A stretch of DNA of 64,000 nucleotides from an uncultured Sphingobacterium sp. (GTDB lineage Bacteria > Bacteroidota > Bacteroidia > Chitinophagales > Chitinophagaceae). Positions 1-10,853 of this stretch are shown here, one piece after another (position 1 is the first letter of the stretch; the number at the start of each line of letters is the position of its first letter). Under the pieces are notes generated by a model. That model was given only the letters and a program-made list of their open reading frames with translations. It did no database searches and was not told the origin of the DNA. Both the position numbers and the translations under genes were made by a program. The DNA is taken from positions 49,727 through 113,726 of the forward strand of contig CAYTXC010000006.1 in assembly GCA_964441425.1 (NCBI GenBank). Direction: 5' to 3'.

Positions 1-937
1 GATCTTCACCTAGGCAAATAGCTGCTGCATAAACAGCTAAAAGATTATATGCATTAAATTCACCAATTAAACGAAAATTGACTTCCTGCTCATTGATCAG
101 CATATGCAATCCGTTCAGGTTATTATCCAACAATTTTCCTTTGAAATCAGCTACTGATAATAAACTATAATAATATTTTTCAGCTACTGTATTCTGTAAC
201 ATCACTGCTCCGCGTTTATCGTCCATATTAGAAATGGCAAAGGCAGTTTTAGGGAGATGATCAAAAAATGACTTTTTTACTTTTATATACTCGTCAAATG
301 TTTTATGATAATCCAGATGATCATGTGTGATATTCGTAAAAATGCCACCTGCAAATTCAATCCCTTCCATACGATATTGGTGAATAGCATGGCTACTCGA
401 TTCCATAAATACATGAGAACATCCTTGTTCTCTCATTTCTCTTAAAAGACTACTTAAACGCAGCGCATCTGGAGTGGTATGGGTAGATGGATATTCTTTC
501 CCATCAATTATGTATTTAACGGTTGATATCAACCCGCAACTATATCCCAGTCCAGTGAATAATTGATATAATAATGTTGCAACTGTCGTTTTACCATTTG
601 TTCCGGTTATCCCAACTACAAGCATCTTTCCAGAAGGATTTCCGTTGAAATTATGAGCCATGATCCCCAAAGCAATTGCTGTATTGGCAACTTCTATATA
701 GCTGATTTTAGGGTCAACTTCAACAGGAAGCTTTTCACAAACAATAACCTGTGCTCCAGCTGATATAGCGCTGTAAATATGATCATGACCATCAATGGTT
801 GTTCCACTTATTGCAACAAAGCAGCTATTTTCAGTTACCTGACGAGAATCTGATACTATACCGGAGATAAGCAGATCTGTAGTACCATGTACTGCTTTGA
901 TCTGTACTTTGTATAATATGTCACGCAGATTCATCAT
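1..937 (-). CDS. murE: UDP-N-acetylmuramoyl-tripeptide synthetase MurE (5' part; runs off the window)
   Basis: Manual translation from ATG 937/934: MMNLRDILYKVQ...VVGITGTNGKTT (P-loop)...HTTPD...MESSSHA...FTNITHDHLDYH. Start overlaps the ftsI stop; standard dcw order. Confidence 0.93.
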   Translation of the reverse strand, partial: MMNLRDILYKVQIKAVHGTTDLLISGIVSDSRQVTENSCFVAISGTTIDGHDHIYSAISAGAQVIVCEKLPVEVDPKISYIEVANTAIALGIMAHNFNGNPSGKMLVVGITGTNGKTTVATLLYQLFTGLGYSCGLISTVKYIIDGKEYPSTHTTPDALRLSSLLREMREQGCSHVFMESSSHAIHQYRMEGIEFAGGIFTNITHDHLDYHKTFDEYIKVKKSFFDHLPKTAFAISNMDDKRGAVMLQNTVAEKYYYSLLSVADFKGKLLDNNLNGLHMLINEQEVNFRLIGEFNAYNLLAVYAAAICLGED

Positions 938-3063
938 TAATTCAAATCGATATAAACGGTTTGTCCTTTACTAATTATTTCCCCGGCTGCTAAAGATTGT
1001 TGGAATACTTTACCCACTCCACGTACAGATGCGTTCAATTGCAATGATTCAATTAAATACAAAGCATCTTTAAGTCCCATTCCTTTCAGATTAGGCATTA
1101 CACCAGTTTCGGTTTTTAAGATTTTAGCTGTATTTTGATTGTTCTCCCGTTGTACGTAAGCCCATGATTTTTTCCCCGAAGAATCTCTAAAATTCATTCC
1201 TAGTCCGCTAAATATCTTTTCAAAATCTTGTCTGTACCCCGACCAAAAAGCTATACTGCTATCGACTTTAACTACTGGACGATAAACAGGTTGAGCTTTT
1301 AGATTGATCGCATATAACTTATCCGCTATTTCTTTGAAAACAGGAGCAGCTACTAGAGAACCATAAAACTTTTTGGAGCCAATTTTATTGCGAATGACTA
1401 CAATACAGGAATACTGTGGATTGTCTGCAGGGAAGTAACCGGCAAAAGAAGATTGATAAATATGTGCGTTATATCCTCCAGGAACATCAGATACTAGTGC
1501 TGTACCTGTTTTACCAGCAATTTTATAATTTGTATTTGCAAGATTTTTTGCAGTACCATTTAGCACCACACCTTCAAGGCATTCTTTAAGCATTGATAGG
1601 GTTTGTGGTGAGCAAATGGCATCAAGTTTAACTTCAGGGGAGTAGGCACGCACCACCTTACCATCTTTCATGATAGAATTCACCAGATATGGCCTCATCA
1701 TTTTACCACCATTTGCTATGGCGTTATACAACATCAATGTATGCAATGGAGTGAAGGAGATGGAATAACCAAAGCTCATCCAGGGTAGAGATATACCATT
1801 CCAGTATTTCGATCCTGGTACATGTATTTCCGACTTTGTTTCGCCGATAAGCCCAACTCCCGTTGGTTGCTCAAATCCAAGTCTGCGTATATGCCCAAGA
1901 AATTTATTCGGATCTTGACTATAATAAGTTACAGCCAACTTGGCCATTCCAACATTAGAACTAAGTTCGAAAGCCTGCTTCACACTAACATTAGTTCGAC
2001 CATGTGGCTCACTATCTCTTACAGTACCACCTTTTAATGGCCATACACCATTTTCTAAATTCACGGTACCATTAACTGTTGTGAATTTATCTTCAAAAAC
2101 AGCCAGCATGGTCAACAATTTAAATGTAGAACCAGGTTCTGTTTTACGAATGGCATAATTTAAATTTTCTGCAAAACTTCCATCAGGTTGAAGACCCAGG
2201 TTTGCGATCGCCTTGATTTTTCCTGTTTTCACTTCCATCACAATAGCCGTCCCATGTTCAGATCCATTATCCTTTAACATCTTCATCAATGCCGATTCCG
2301 TAATATCCTGTAAGTTGACATCAATGGTAGTTACAATATCATGTCCATTCTGTGGTTCAATTTCTGATCCTTCAATAGGAACAAAAGCTCCTCCGGCTAA
2401 TCTGCGAACCAAACGTCGTCCATTCTCCCCCTTTAATAAAGTATCGTAAGTAAGTTCTAGGCCTACATTTTTACGAACCATATTCCCATCCTTATCTCTG
2501 TACTCCCTAGCTAATCCAATGGTCCTGTTCGCCAGCAGCCCAAATGGAGTAAGACGCTTTTCTTTATCCTCAAAAATAAAACCACTTTTATTTCGCCCTT
2601 CTTTTATCAAATGAAAGTCGCCCATGGTCTTATATTGCTCAAAGTTGATATTTCGGCGAAGTAAAAAATATCGATCCTTTCTTTTATATGCAGCGTTTAA
2701 TAGCTCTTTATAATAATCAGCACCAAAATCTTTGAATAACGCTGCGAGCTCCATCGACAACGTATCGATATTTTTGGTAAAGAGCATGCCATTCTTAGCT
2801 CTCAGACCTTGAGCAGCAAAATCAATACGAACATCAAAGTAGGGAATAGATGTGCTTAACATCCTTCCATCTTCACTATAAATTGTACCACGCTCTGCAT
2901 CTAGCTCACGATATTCTAAATGCAAACTATCGCTCATCTTTTTCCAAAAGTTGCCTTCTGCACGCTGTATATAAACCGTTTTACCGATGATGGCAAAACC
3001 CAGGATAATTATACATAGGAATACTAAATAAACTCGCCACAATATGTCCTTTTTAATATCCAA
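937..3063 (-). CDS. ftsI: Penicillin-binding protein FtsI/PBP3 with C-terminal PASTA-like domain
   Basis: N-terminal TM; SxxK (EPGSTFK), SxN (SSN) and KTG (AGKTGT) motifs; downstream of ftsL. Confidence 0.92.
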   Translation of the reverse strand: MDIKKDILWRVYLVFLCIIILGFAIIGKTVYIQRAEGNFWKKMSDSLHLEYRELDAERGTIYSEDGRMLSTSIPYFDVRIDFAAQGLRAKNGMLFTKNIDTLSMELAALFKDFGADYYKELLNAAYKRKDRYFLLRRNINFEQYKTMGDFHLIKEGRNKSGFIFEDKEKRLTPFGLLANRTIGLAREYRDKDGNMVRKNVGLELTYDTLLKGENGRRLVRRLAGGAFVPIEGSEIEPQNGHDIVTTIDVNLQDITESALMKMLKDNGSEHGTAIVMEVKTGKIKAIANLGLQPDGSFAENLNYAIRKTEPGSTFKLLTMLAVFEDKFTTVNGTVNLENGVWPLKGGTVRDSEPHGRTNVSVKQAFELSSNVGMAKLAVTYYSQDPNKFLGHIRRLGFEQPTGVGLIGETKSEIHVPGSKYWNGISLPWMSFGYSISFTPLHTLMLYNAIANGGKMMRPYLVNSIMKDGKVVRAYSPEVKLDAICSPQTLSMLKECLEGVVLNGTAKNLANTNYKIAGKTGTALVSDVPGGYNAHIYQSSFAGYFPADNPQYSCIVVIRNKIGSKKFYGSLVAAPVFKEIADKLYAINLKAQPVYRPVVKVDSSIAFWSGYRQDFEKIFSGLGMNFRDSSGKKSWAYVQRENNQNTAKILKTETGVMPNLKGMGLKDALYLIESLQLNASVRGVGKVFQQSLAAGEIISKGQTVYIDLN

Positions 3064-3080
3064 GCATCAATCGTTTTAAA

Positions 3081-3398
3081 TCAGTTTATAGTATCCTTTA
3101 ATTTCATTGGTGGTTGACCAAGAGGCTTTAATCCCATTGGTTCAACAGCATTTATTAATTCACTTTGCTTACTGCGGAACATCAACTCACTTCTTAACGT
3201 CTTGTATTCATATTGCACTTCCTTTAATTCTCTTAGGGTTCGGTTAATTTCCTTGATCGTTTTTTCAGTCAAATGCCCATTATATATATACAAAACAGTT
3301 AGTAGCGATAAAAAAAGAAAGAATGGTATATTGCTAACTACCCACTGGTAATTAAAAAACCATTTTTTCCATTCCATTTTTATTTCTTTCTGCTCCAT
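3081..3398 (-). CDS. ftsL: FtsL-like cell division protein
   Basis: TM segment followed by a coiled coil, between rsmH and ftsI. Start moved to ATG 3398 (MEQKEIK), just after the rsmH stop. Confidence 0.8.
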   Translation of the reverse strand: MEQKEIKMEWKKWFFNYQWVVSNIPFFLFLSLLTVLYIYNGHLTEKTIKEINRTLRELKEVQYEYKTLRSELMFRSKQSELINAVEPMGLKPLGQPPMKLKDTIN

Positions 3399-3399
3399 C

Positions 3400-4329
3400 T
3401 TATTTTTTCTCAGCGATCCGAAGTTTAGCACTTCTGGATCTAGCATTCATTTTGACTTCTTTTTCAGTTGGAACAATTGGCTTCTTTGTTACAACTGTAA
3501 AGGGAGAAACTCTTCTGGTTCCGTAGATCTCATCAGGCACCTCATCTTCAAAACTTCCACTTCGGAAAAAATTTTTAACCAGTCGATCCTCCAGGCTATG
3601 AAAAGTGATTACGGCTATTCTACCCCCACTACTCAAATATTCCGGAACCTGTTCCAACAATTCTTTAAGCGCCCCCATCTCATCATTTACCGCTATTCGT
3701 AAGGCCTGAAATACCTGCGCGAAATATTTATTCGGGTTTCCTTTCACCACTTGCTGAACTGCATCCTTAAACTGTTGAATCGTTTGCAGCGGAACCGATG
3801 ATCGATAGGCGACAATGGTTCTGGCCAGCGTTTTTGAATTGGTCACCTCACCATATTCACTGAATATCTGCACCAACTCTTCTTCCGATTTTTCCATCAG
3901 CAATTGAGCTGCGGTAATGGATTGTCGCTGATCCATACGCATATCCAATGCCGCATTAAACCGGATTGAAAACCCTCGCTCACCTTCGTCGAACTGATGA
4001 CTGCTAACACCCAGATCTGCCAAAATCCCATCTACTTTTGATACTTCATGTAAGCGTAAGATTCTTCCGATATGACGAAAATTATATGGAAGAAAAACGA
4101 TGCGAGTATCATCGGGAAGATTTGTCTTGGCATCTTCATCTTGATCAAACACGTACAGCTTACCATGGTTACCTAATCGATCTAGCATCGCTATACTGTG
4201 TCCCCCACCTCCAAATGTGCAATCCACATAAATACCATCAGGTTTTATGTTTAATGCATCAATGGCCTCTTTCAACATCACCGGCACATGATATCCGTTT
4301 CCTCCGGTGATATGGTCGCGCACGTCCAT
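3400..4329 (-). CDS. rsmH: 16S rRNA m4C1402 methyltransferase RsmH (MraW)
   Basis: HVPVML, DCTFGGGGHS, DLGVSSHQFD, FHSLEDR and RSRSAKLR motifs. Confidence 0.97.
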   Translation of the reverse strand: MDVRDHITGGNGYHVPVMLKEAIDALNIKPDGIYVDCTFGGGGHSIAMLDRLGNHGKLYVFDQDEDAKTNLPDDTRIVFLPYNFRHIGRILRLHEVSKVDGILADLGVSSHQFDEGERGFSIRFNAALDMRMDQRQSITAAQLLMEKSEEELVQIFSEYGEVTNSKTLARTIVAYRSSVPLQTIQQFKDAVQQVVKGNPNKYFAQVFQALRIAVNDEMGALKELLEQVPEYLSSGGRIAVITFHSLEDRLVKNFFRSGSFEDEVPDEIYGTRRVSPFTVVTKKPIVPTEKEVKMNARSRSAKLRIAEKK

Positions 4330-4332
4330 GTT

Positions 4333-4788
4333 TTATTCAATATTGCCATTCATCACCTGAGCAGCCACATCACTGAAAGCTTCAGGAGAATAGGAATCAA
4401 AGAACTCTTGGTATTTTTTCTTATCCCAGATCTCAATTTTATTTACCGCCGAAACCAGCACCATGTCTTTTTCTAGTCCGGCATGTTCAATCAAATTTTT
4501 AGGAATTAGCATTCGTCCGGCACTATCTAACTCCATTTGTATCGCTCCGTTTAGGAACCAACGACGGAATTCCCGAACTTTGGGGTCAAAATCGTTGAGT
4601 TTGGCAATTTTGGAATAAATAGGCTCCCAACTACTAAGAGGATAAAGAGTCAGGCATTTTTCAAAGCCACGGTTTATGACAAACGAAGCTGAGTCCCCAT
4701 CCGGCAACTGCTTCTTTAGTCCTGCCGGGAGAAGGAATCTGCCTTTGCTGTCGAGCGTGACTTCATATTCTCCTAAAAAGCCTGTCAT
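4333..4788 (-). CDS. mraZ: Division/cell wall cluster transcriptional repressor MraZ
   Basis: FLGEYEVTLDSKGR...ELDSAGRMLIP duplicated AbrB-like motifs; first gene of the dcw cluster; ATG at 4788. Confidence 0.96.
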   Translation of the reverse strand: MTGFLGEYEVTLDSKGRFLLPAGLKKQLPDGDSASFVINRGFEKCLTLYPLSSWEPIYSKIAKLNDFDPKVREFRRWFLNGAIQMELDSAGRMLIPKNLIEHAGLEKDMVLVSAVNKIEIWDKKKYQEFFDSYSPEAFSDVAAQVMNGNIE

Positions 4789-4821
4789 TTCCAAAATTTG
4801 AACTTTTTTTGACGATTATTG

Positions 4822-4845
4822 ACACAAAATAACACATTTTCCCAC
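4822..4845 (-). promoter_or_regulatory. Three GTG(G/T) direct repeats with 10-nt periodicity: putative MraZ operator overlapping a -7-like box (TATTTTGT)
   Basis: Minus strand reads GTGGGAAAAT GTGTTATTTT GTGT. MraZ is known to bind short 10-nt-spaced direct repeats in its own promoter. Confidence 0.6.
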
Positions 4846-4873
4846 TTTTGATCTCAAATCAAAGGGGCTATAT

Positions 4874-4974
4874 TTTTCCACAAGCGGAAACGTATGTCAG
4901 CACTGCATTTCATGAGAAAAACACCAATGATAATGTGCGAAACTGTCAATGCTATGTGGATATCCTGTGAACAA
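4874..4974. promoter_or_regulatory. Cluster of DnaA-box-like 9-mers in the mraZ/queA divergent region
   Basis: TTTTCCACA 4874-4882 matches TTWTNCACA exactly. One-mismatch reverse boxes at 4934-4942, 4955-4963 and 4966-4974. Confidence 0.45.
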
Positions 4975-4993
4975 CATGCAAAATGGATCGAAA

Positions 4994-6232
4994 ATGAATA
5001 AACAGACAGAGGACCATTCGCCAAATCCAAGGGATATTTCTATTCAAGAGTATGATTACTTGCTTCCAGAAGATAGGATCGCGAAATTCCCATTGAAAGA
5101 AAGGGACGCATCCAAACTTTTGATATATGATAACGGAGCAATACGAGAAGACACGTATAAAAATATTACTGCATATCTACCAGAAGGATCAAGCTTGGTT
5201 TTTAATAATACTAAAGTAGTAGAGGCCCGCATCTTGTTTCAAAAGGATACGGGCAGCGTTATTGAGATCTTTGCGTTGGAACCAGACTCAAGATATAATG
5301 ATATCCAAACAGCTATGCTGGAAAAGGGATCTGTTTACTGGAAATGTTTGGTGGGTGGGGCAAGTAAATGGAAAAAAGGAATTGTACTGGAAAAGAAAAT
5401 ATTGGATTCACTTATTCTACATGCAGCAATAATTGAACAACTTCCCGATTGCTTTTTAATTCATTTGAACTGGTCAGACAAAGAATTAACCTTCGCTGAA
5501 TTACTGCATCATGCTGGATTGATCCCATTACCGCCATACCTCAAAAGAAAATCAGAGCAATCGGACGCTGAACGATATCAAACAATATATGCAAAAGCGG
5601 AAGGTTCAGTAGCCGCACCAACAGCTGGCTTACATTTCACAGATTATATATTCAACCAAATGGGGAAAGCTAACATAAAGCGGGAGTATGTAACCTTGCA
5701 TGTTGGAGCAGGTACTTTTAAACCCGTTAAAGCATCGCGATTGGAAGGGCATGAGATGCACGCTGAATTTATGGATGTGGATATGGAAACACTTAAAAGT
5801 TTACAATCGTCAAACCGCATATATGCAGTTGGTACCACCTCACTCAGAACATTGGAATCGCTCTATTGGATGGGTGTAAAATGTACTATAGATCCAAACA
5901 TCAACATTCAAGATCTTGAAATGAAACAATGGGAAATCTATGATACATGGATAAAGTATAAAGTACCTTCATCAACAGCAATACATAATCTAATTGACTA
6001 TATGGCATCCAGAAAGATGCAGCGAATCATTTGTAAAACCAGTTTACTGATCACTCCAGGATACGAAAGAGGATGGACAGACGGAATCATAACCAATTTT
6101 CATCAACCACAATCGACATTATTATTGCTGATTGCTTCATTTGTAGGAGATGATTGGAAGCGGATTTATCAATATGCGCTATCGAATGAATACCGATTCC
6201 TAAGTTATGGAGATGGAATGCTTATACGTTAA
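4994..6232 (+). CDS. queA: S-adenosylmethionine:tRNA ribosyltransferase-isomerase QueA
   Basis: DYLLPEDRIAKFP, VFNNTKV, PLPPY, ERYQT, GSVAAPTAGLHF, TLHVGAGTF, TNFHQPQSTL and FLSYGD motifs. Start uncertain (4994 preferred over 4949). Confidence 0.95.
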   Translation: MNKQTEDHSPNPRDISIQEYDYLLPEDRIAKFPLKERDASKLLIYDNGAIREDTYKNITAYLPEGSSLVFNNTKVVEARILFQKDTGSVIEIFALEPDSRYNDIQTAMLEKGSVYWKCLVGGASKWKKGIVLEKKILDSLILHAAIIEQLPDCFLIHLNWSDKELTFAELLHHAGLIPLPPYLKRKSEQSDAERYQTIYAKAEGSVAAPTAGLHFTDYIFNQMGKANIKREYVTLHVGAGTFKPVKASRLEGHEMHAEFMDVDMETLKSLQSSNRIYAVGTTSLRTLESLYWMGVKCTIDPNINIQDLEMKQWEIYDTWIKYKVPSSTAIHNLIDYMASRKMQRIICKTSLLITPGYERGWTDGIITNFHQPQSTLLLLIASFVGDDWKRIYQYALSNEYRFLSYGDGMLIR

Positions 6233-7557
6233 AGTATTGTTGGAAATTCCAACTTAAACCGACTTCCCTTACCTAAAGAGCTTTCTAAACTAATCTTGCC
6301 TTTATGGCCATCAACTAAGCTTTTCACGTAGCTAAGACCTAAACCAAAACCTTTTACATTATGGATATTTCCAGTATGTGCTCTATAAAATTTTTCAAAA
6401 ATTTTACCCTGCGTTTCCCGGGACATACCAATACCATTATCTTCAATTTCAATAATGATATGGCCCTTCAGATTATGTGTACTGATTTTAACTAACGGCG
6501 GAACGTCCACTTTAGCATACTTAATAGCATTATCAAGAAGATTATTCAATAAGTTACTAAAAAGAGGAGAATCCGCATTGATCAAATCCTTATCTGCAGC
6601 TAAATTCAGTTGAATCATCCCGTTTCGTTCTTCCAGCTGCAGTTTAAATGAATCAACCGTTTTTTGAATAGAATCATGAACATGAACAGGTATCCTGTTC
6701 AACTTAACTTCATTACGATCAAATTGTGCTGCCTCCAAAATATTTTCTACATGCGTATTCATTCGCTTATTTTCTTCCGAAATAACAGAACTGAAATAAT
6801 TCAATTGTTCAGGATTATTTTTTACCGATTCCTTTTGAATAGCATTGGCAGCAATCGAGATCGTAGCAATTGGGGTTTTTAATTCATGAGTCATATTATT
6901 GATAAAATCAGAAGTCAATTCAGTGAGCTTTTTCTGATTGAGCCATGCCTTTACGGTTATATAAAAAGCAGCCAAGATGATCATGGTAAATAATAATGCG
7001 CCCGCAATCATCCATCCTAATGTATTGAATATATCTTTCTTGTAATCCAGAATAACCATTACTAAACTTTCTTCAGGAATTAAATTTTCCGCCTCACTCC
7101 CTGGAATTGTTTCAATCATCCGGATCAAAATGAGATTATTTAGTTTATCAGTTGATGCTTTTTCGTAAGCAGCGTCAAATCGTTCCGATTTAAGATCAAA
7201 ATCAAACGTATTAGCCTCGTTATAAATAGCGAATTCAAAAGATAATTTTTTTGAAGTAATGGAATCAAGTTCTTTTCTTATAAGTTCTTGTAATCGGAAT
7301 GTAGTAAAATGCTCTGCAATGGTTCCCCCTTGAAAATTGAATAGGGAATCTGTCTTTTGAAATTTATTCTTATCCAGAAATAAACTTTTCTCTTCCTGAA
7401 GCTGATCGATGACATGTATAGAGGCAAGATTAATACTCTCTTCTATCTGTTCGGTACTTAGCCGTACGGTTTTACGTATCAATACCACCTGAAGAATTAT
7501 GATCCCAAGCAGTGATAACGCGATTAAAACAGTTATGAGGGTAAATAGCTTTTTCAT
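6229..7557 (-). CDS. Two-TM sensor histidine kinase (HisKA + HATPase_c), no adjacent response regulator
   Basis: H-box THELKTP, N-box NLLDNAIKY, G1 DNGIG, G2 GFGLGL; two hydrophobic segments. TATTTTTG lies 9 nt upstream of ATG 7557. Confidence 0.92.
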   Translation of the reverse strand: MKKLFTLITVLIALSLLGIIILQVVLIRKTVRLSTEQIEESINLASIHVIDQLQEEKSLFLDKNKFQKTDSLFNFQGGTIAEHFTTFRLQELIRKELDSITSKKLSFEFAIYNEANTFDFDLKSERFDAAYEKASTDKLNNLILIRMIETIPGSEAENLIPEESLVMVILDYKKDIFNTLGWMIAGALLFTMIILAAFYITVKAWLNQKKLTELTSDFINNMTHELKTPIATISIAANAIQKESVKNNPEQLNYFSSVISEENKRMNTHVENILEAAQFDRNEVKLNRIPVHVHDSIQKTVDSFKLQLEERNGMIQLNLAADKDLINADSPLFSNLLNNLLDNAIKYAKVDVPPLVKISTHNLKGHIIIEIEDNGIGMSRETQGKIFEKFYRAHTGNIHNVKGFGLGLSYVKSLVDGHKGKISLESSLGKGSRFKLEFPTIL

Positions 7558-7720
7558 GCGAACGGGCAAAAATACACAATGCACTTCTCCAAACGGCAGT
7601 TTATCCTTTAATTAACGTAGGTTTAAGAGCATTTACATTGGTCTGAACAATTTATAATAAAAATGGGTATAAACGCATAATTACAGACAGAAATTAGATC
7701 GGTTTTACTTAAATTGGTAT

Positions 7721-8272
7721 ATGGAAAAAATCGAACCTGGAGTTTTACTCGTTGCCGATCCATTTCTAAAAGATCCGAATTTTAGCAGAACCGTTATATT
7801 AATGTGTGATCATCAAAAGGAAGGCAGTTTTGGGTTTGTTCTGAATCGATTGATCGATTCAACACTTGCTGATCTTATTCCGGATACAACTTCCCTTAAA
7901 ATTCCAGTGAGCTATGGTGGACCTGTTCAGCAGGATACGCTTCATTTCTTACATAAACGGCCTGATCTAATCTCAGATGGCCTATTACTAACGGATGAAA
8001 TTCACTGGGGTGGAAATTTCAACACAGTTTTGGAACTATTAGAAAAGGAATTGATACTACTACATGATATTCGATTTTTTCTTGGTTATTCCGGATGGGC
8101 AGAAGGACAACTAGATGAAGAAATTAAGGAAAGCTCTTGGTTAACTTCTACTTCGACCTCAGAACTTATTTTTGAAACAAATACAGATAAATTATGGGCC
8201 GCCGTTCTAAAGCATATGGGTGGTGAATTTGAAAAACTAGTTAACTACCCTATCGATCCTCAGTTAAATTAA
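7721..8272 (+). CDS. YqgE/AlgH (UPF0301) family protein
   Basis: DPNFSRTVIL, GFVLN, GGPV and FFLGYSGW...QLDEEI motifs. Confidence 0.93.
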   Translation: MEKIEPGVLLVADPFLKDPNFSRTVILMCDHQKEGSFGFVLNRLIDSTLADLIPDTTSLKIPVSYGGPVQQDTLHFLHKRPDLISDGLLLTDEIHWGGNFNTVLELLEKELILLHDIRFFLGYSGWAEGQLDEEIKESSWLTSTSTSELIFETNTDKLWAAVLKHMGGEFEKLVNYPIDPQLN

Positions 8273-8390
8273 TTTGCACTTAGCGCCCAGCAATATCATA
8301 ACGATACCCAGTTTCAATAAAATCATCCCACACCGGAATGTATGATAATCAATCACGCTGATTAGTGACCTGGCATTTTAAGTATGCCAC

Positions 8391-8424
8391 AAAAAAGGGG
8401 ATCATGTAAATATGACCCCCTTTG
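8391..8424 (-). terminator. Intrinsic terminator of atpD-atpC
   Basis: Minus strand GGGGGTCAT-ATTTAC-ATGATCCCC followed by T6. Confidence 0.8.
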
Positions 8425-8442
8425 AAAATGGAATATGTTGAA

Positions 8443-8694
8443 TTATTCAGTTACTCTTTCTACTAATACCACTACTCTGTTATGCAGCACTTCCATAAAA
8501 CCACCCTGGATAGTAAATGCAGTAGTATTACCTGACTTATCATTAAGTACTTTCAATTTACCAGCACCAAGAGCACTAACCATTGGAGCATGTTTCTCAA
8601 GTACTTCAAAAGACCCGCTAATTCCCGGGAGTTGAACGCCATAGACGTTCCCACTGAATAGCTTTTTTTCGGGCGTTAATATTTCAAGTTCCAT
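8443..8694 (-). CDS. atpC: F1 ATP synthase epsilon subunit (short, N-domain only)
   Basis: LEILTPEK...LPGISGSFEVLEKHAPMVSALGAG; follows atpD. Confidence 0.95.
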   Translation of the reverse strand: MELEILTPEKKLFSGNVYGVQLPGISGSFEVLEKHAPMVSALGAGKLKVLNDKSGNTTAFTIQGGFMEVLHNRVVVLVERVTE

Positions 8695-8714
8695 AATGAA
8701 AATTCTCTCCTTGA

Positions 8715-10307
<1,593 letters not shown>

Positions 10308-10409
10308 TTAATAAGCGTGTTTGAAAGATAAAACATTGTTTTAAGTAAGGAACCTCAAGCGTTATACAAAATATCCATATTCTTCTTGTGTGCTCTATCT
10401 TCCGCTATT

Positions 10410-10853
10410 ATGGAAACTTCCCTTTCGATTAACCCTACTCTATTGAATTTCGGCCCGCTTGTTCAGGCGGAGATTTTCCCAAATGAACAGTCATTTTTAA
10501 TGCTCAAAAATGATATGGAGGGAGAAAAAAAATATGCCAGAGTTAAGCTCCTATTAGATACAGGCTCTAATATTTCTGGACTTGATCGCCGAATTATTGA
10601 GCAATTACAATTAAGGCATTACGCTGAAAAATCATTTGTGGAAGGTGCCGGTGGTAGGACATCATTGAACAGATATAAATGTATATTATACATTGATGTT
10701 TTTGGAAATAAGGCACTGCCAATGGATATTCTTGAAGGACAATTTGAGGAAAGCCCGTATGATGGAATACTCGGAAGGGACGTACTCAGATTTTGCAAGC
10801 TTCAATATGATGGTCCATCAAATCAATTCTCACTCTCAGCCCCTGATTTCTAA
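10410..10853 (+). CDS. Stand-alone retropepsin-like (clan AA) aspartyl protease domain protein
   Basis: LLDTGS catalytic motif plus GILGRDVL motif. No signal peptide. ATG 10410 preferred. Confidence 0.75.
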   Translation: METSLSINPTLLNFGPLVQAEIFPNEQSFLMLKNDMEGEKKYARVKLLLDTGSNISGLDRRIIEQLQLRHYAEKSFVEGAGGRTSLNRYKCILYIDVFGNKALPMDILEGQFEESPYDGILGRDVLRFCKLQYDGPSNQFSLSAPDF

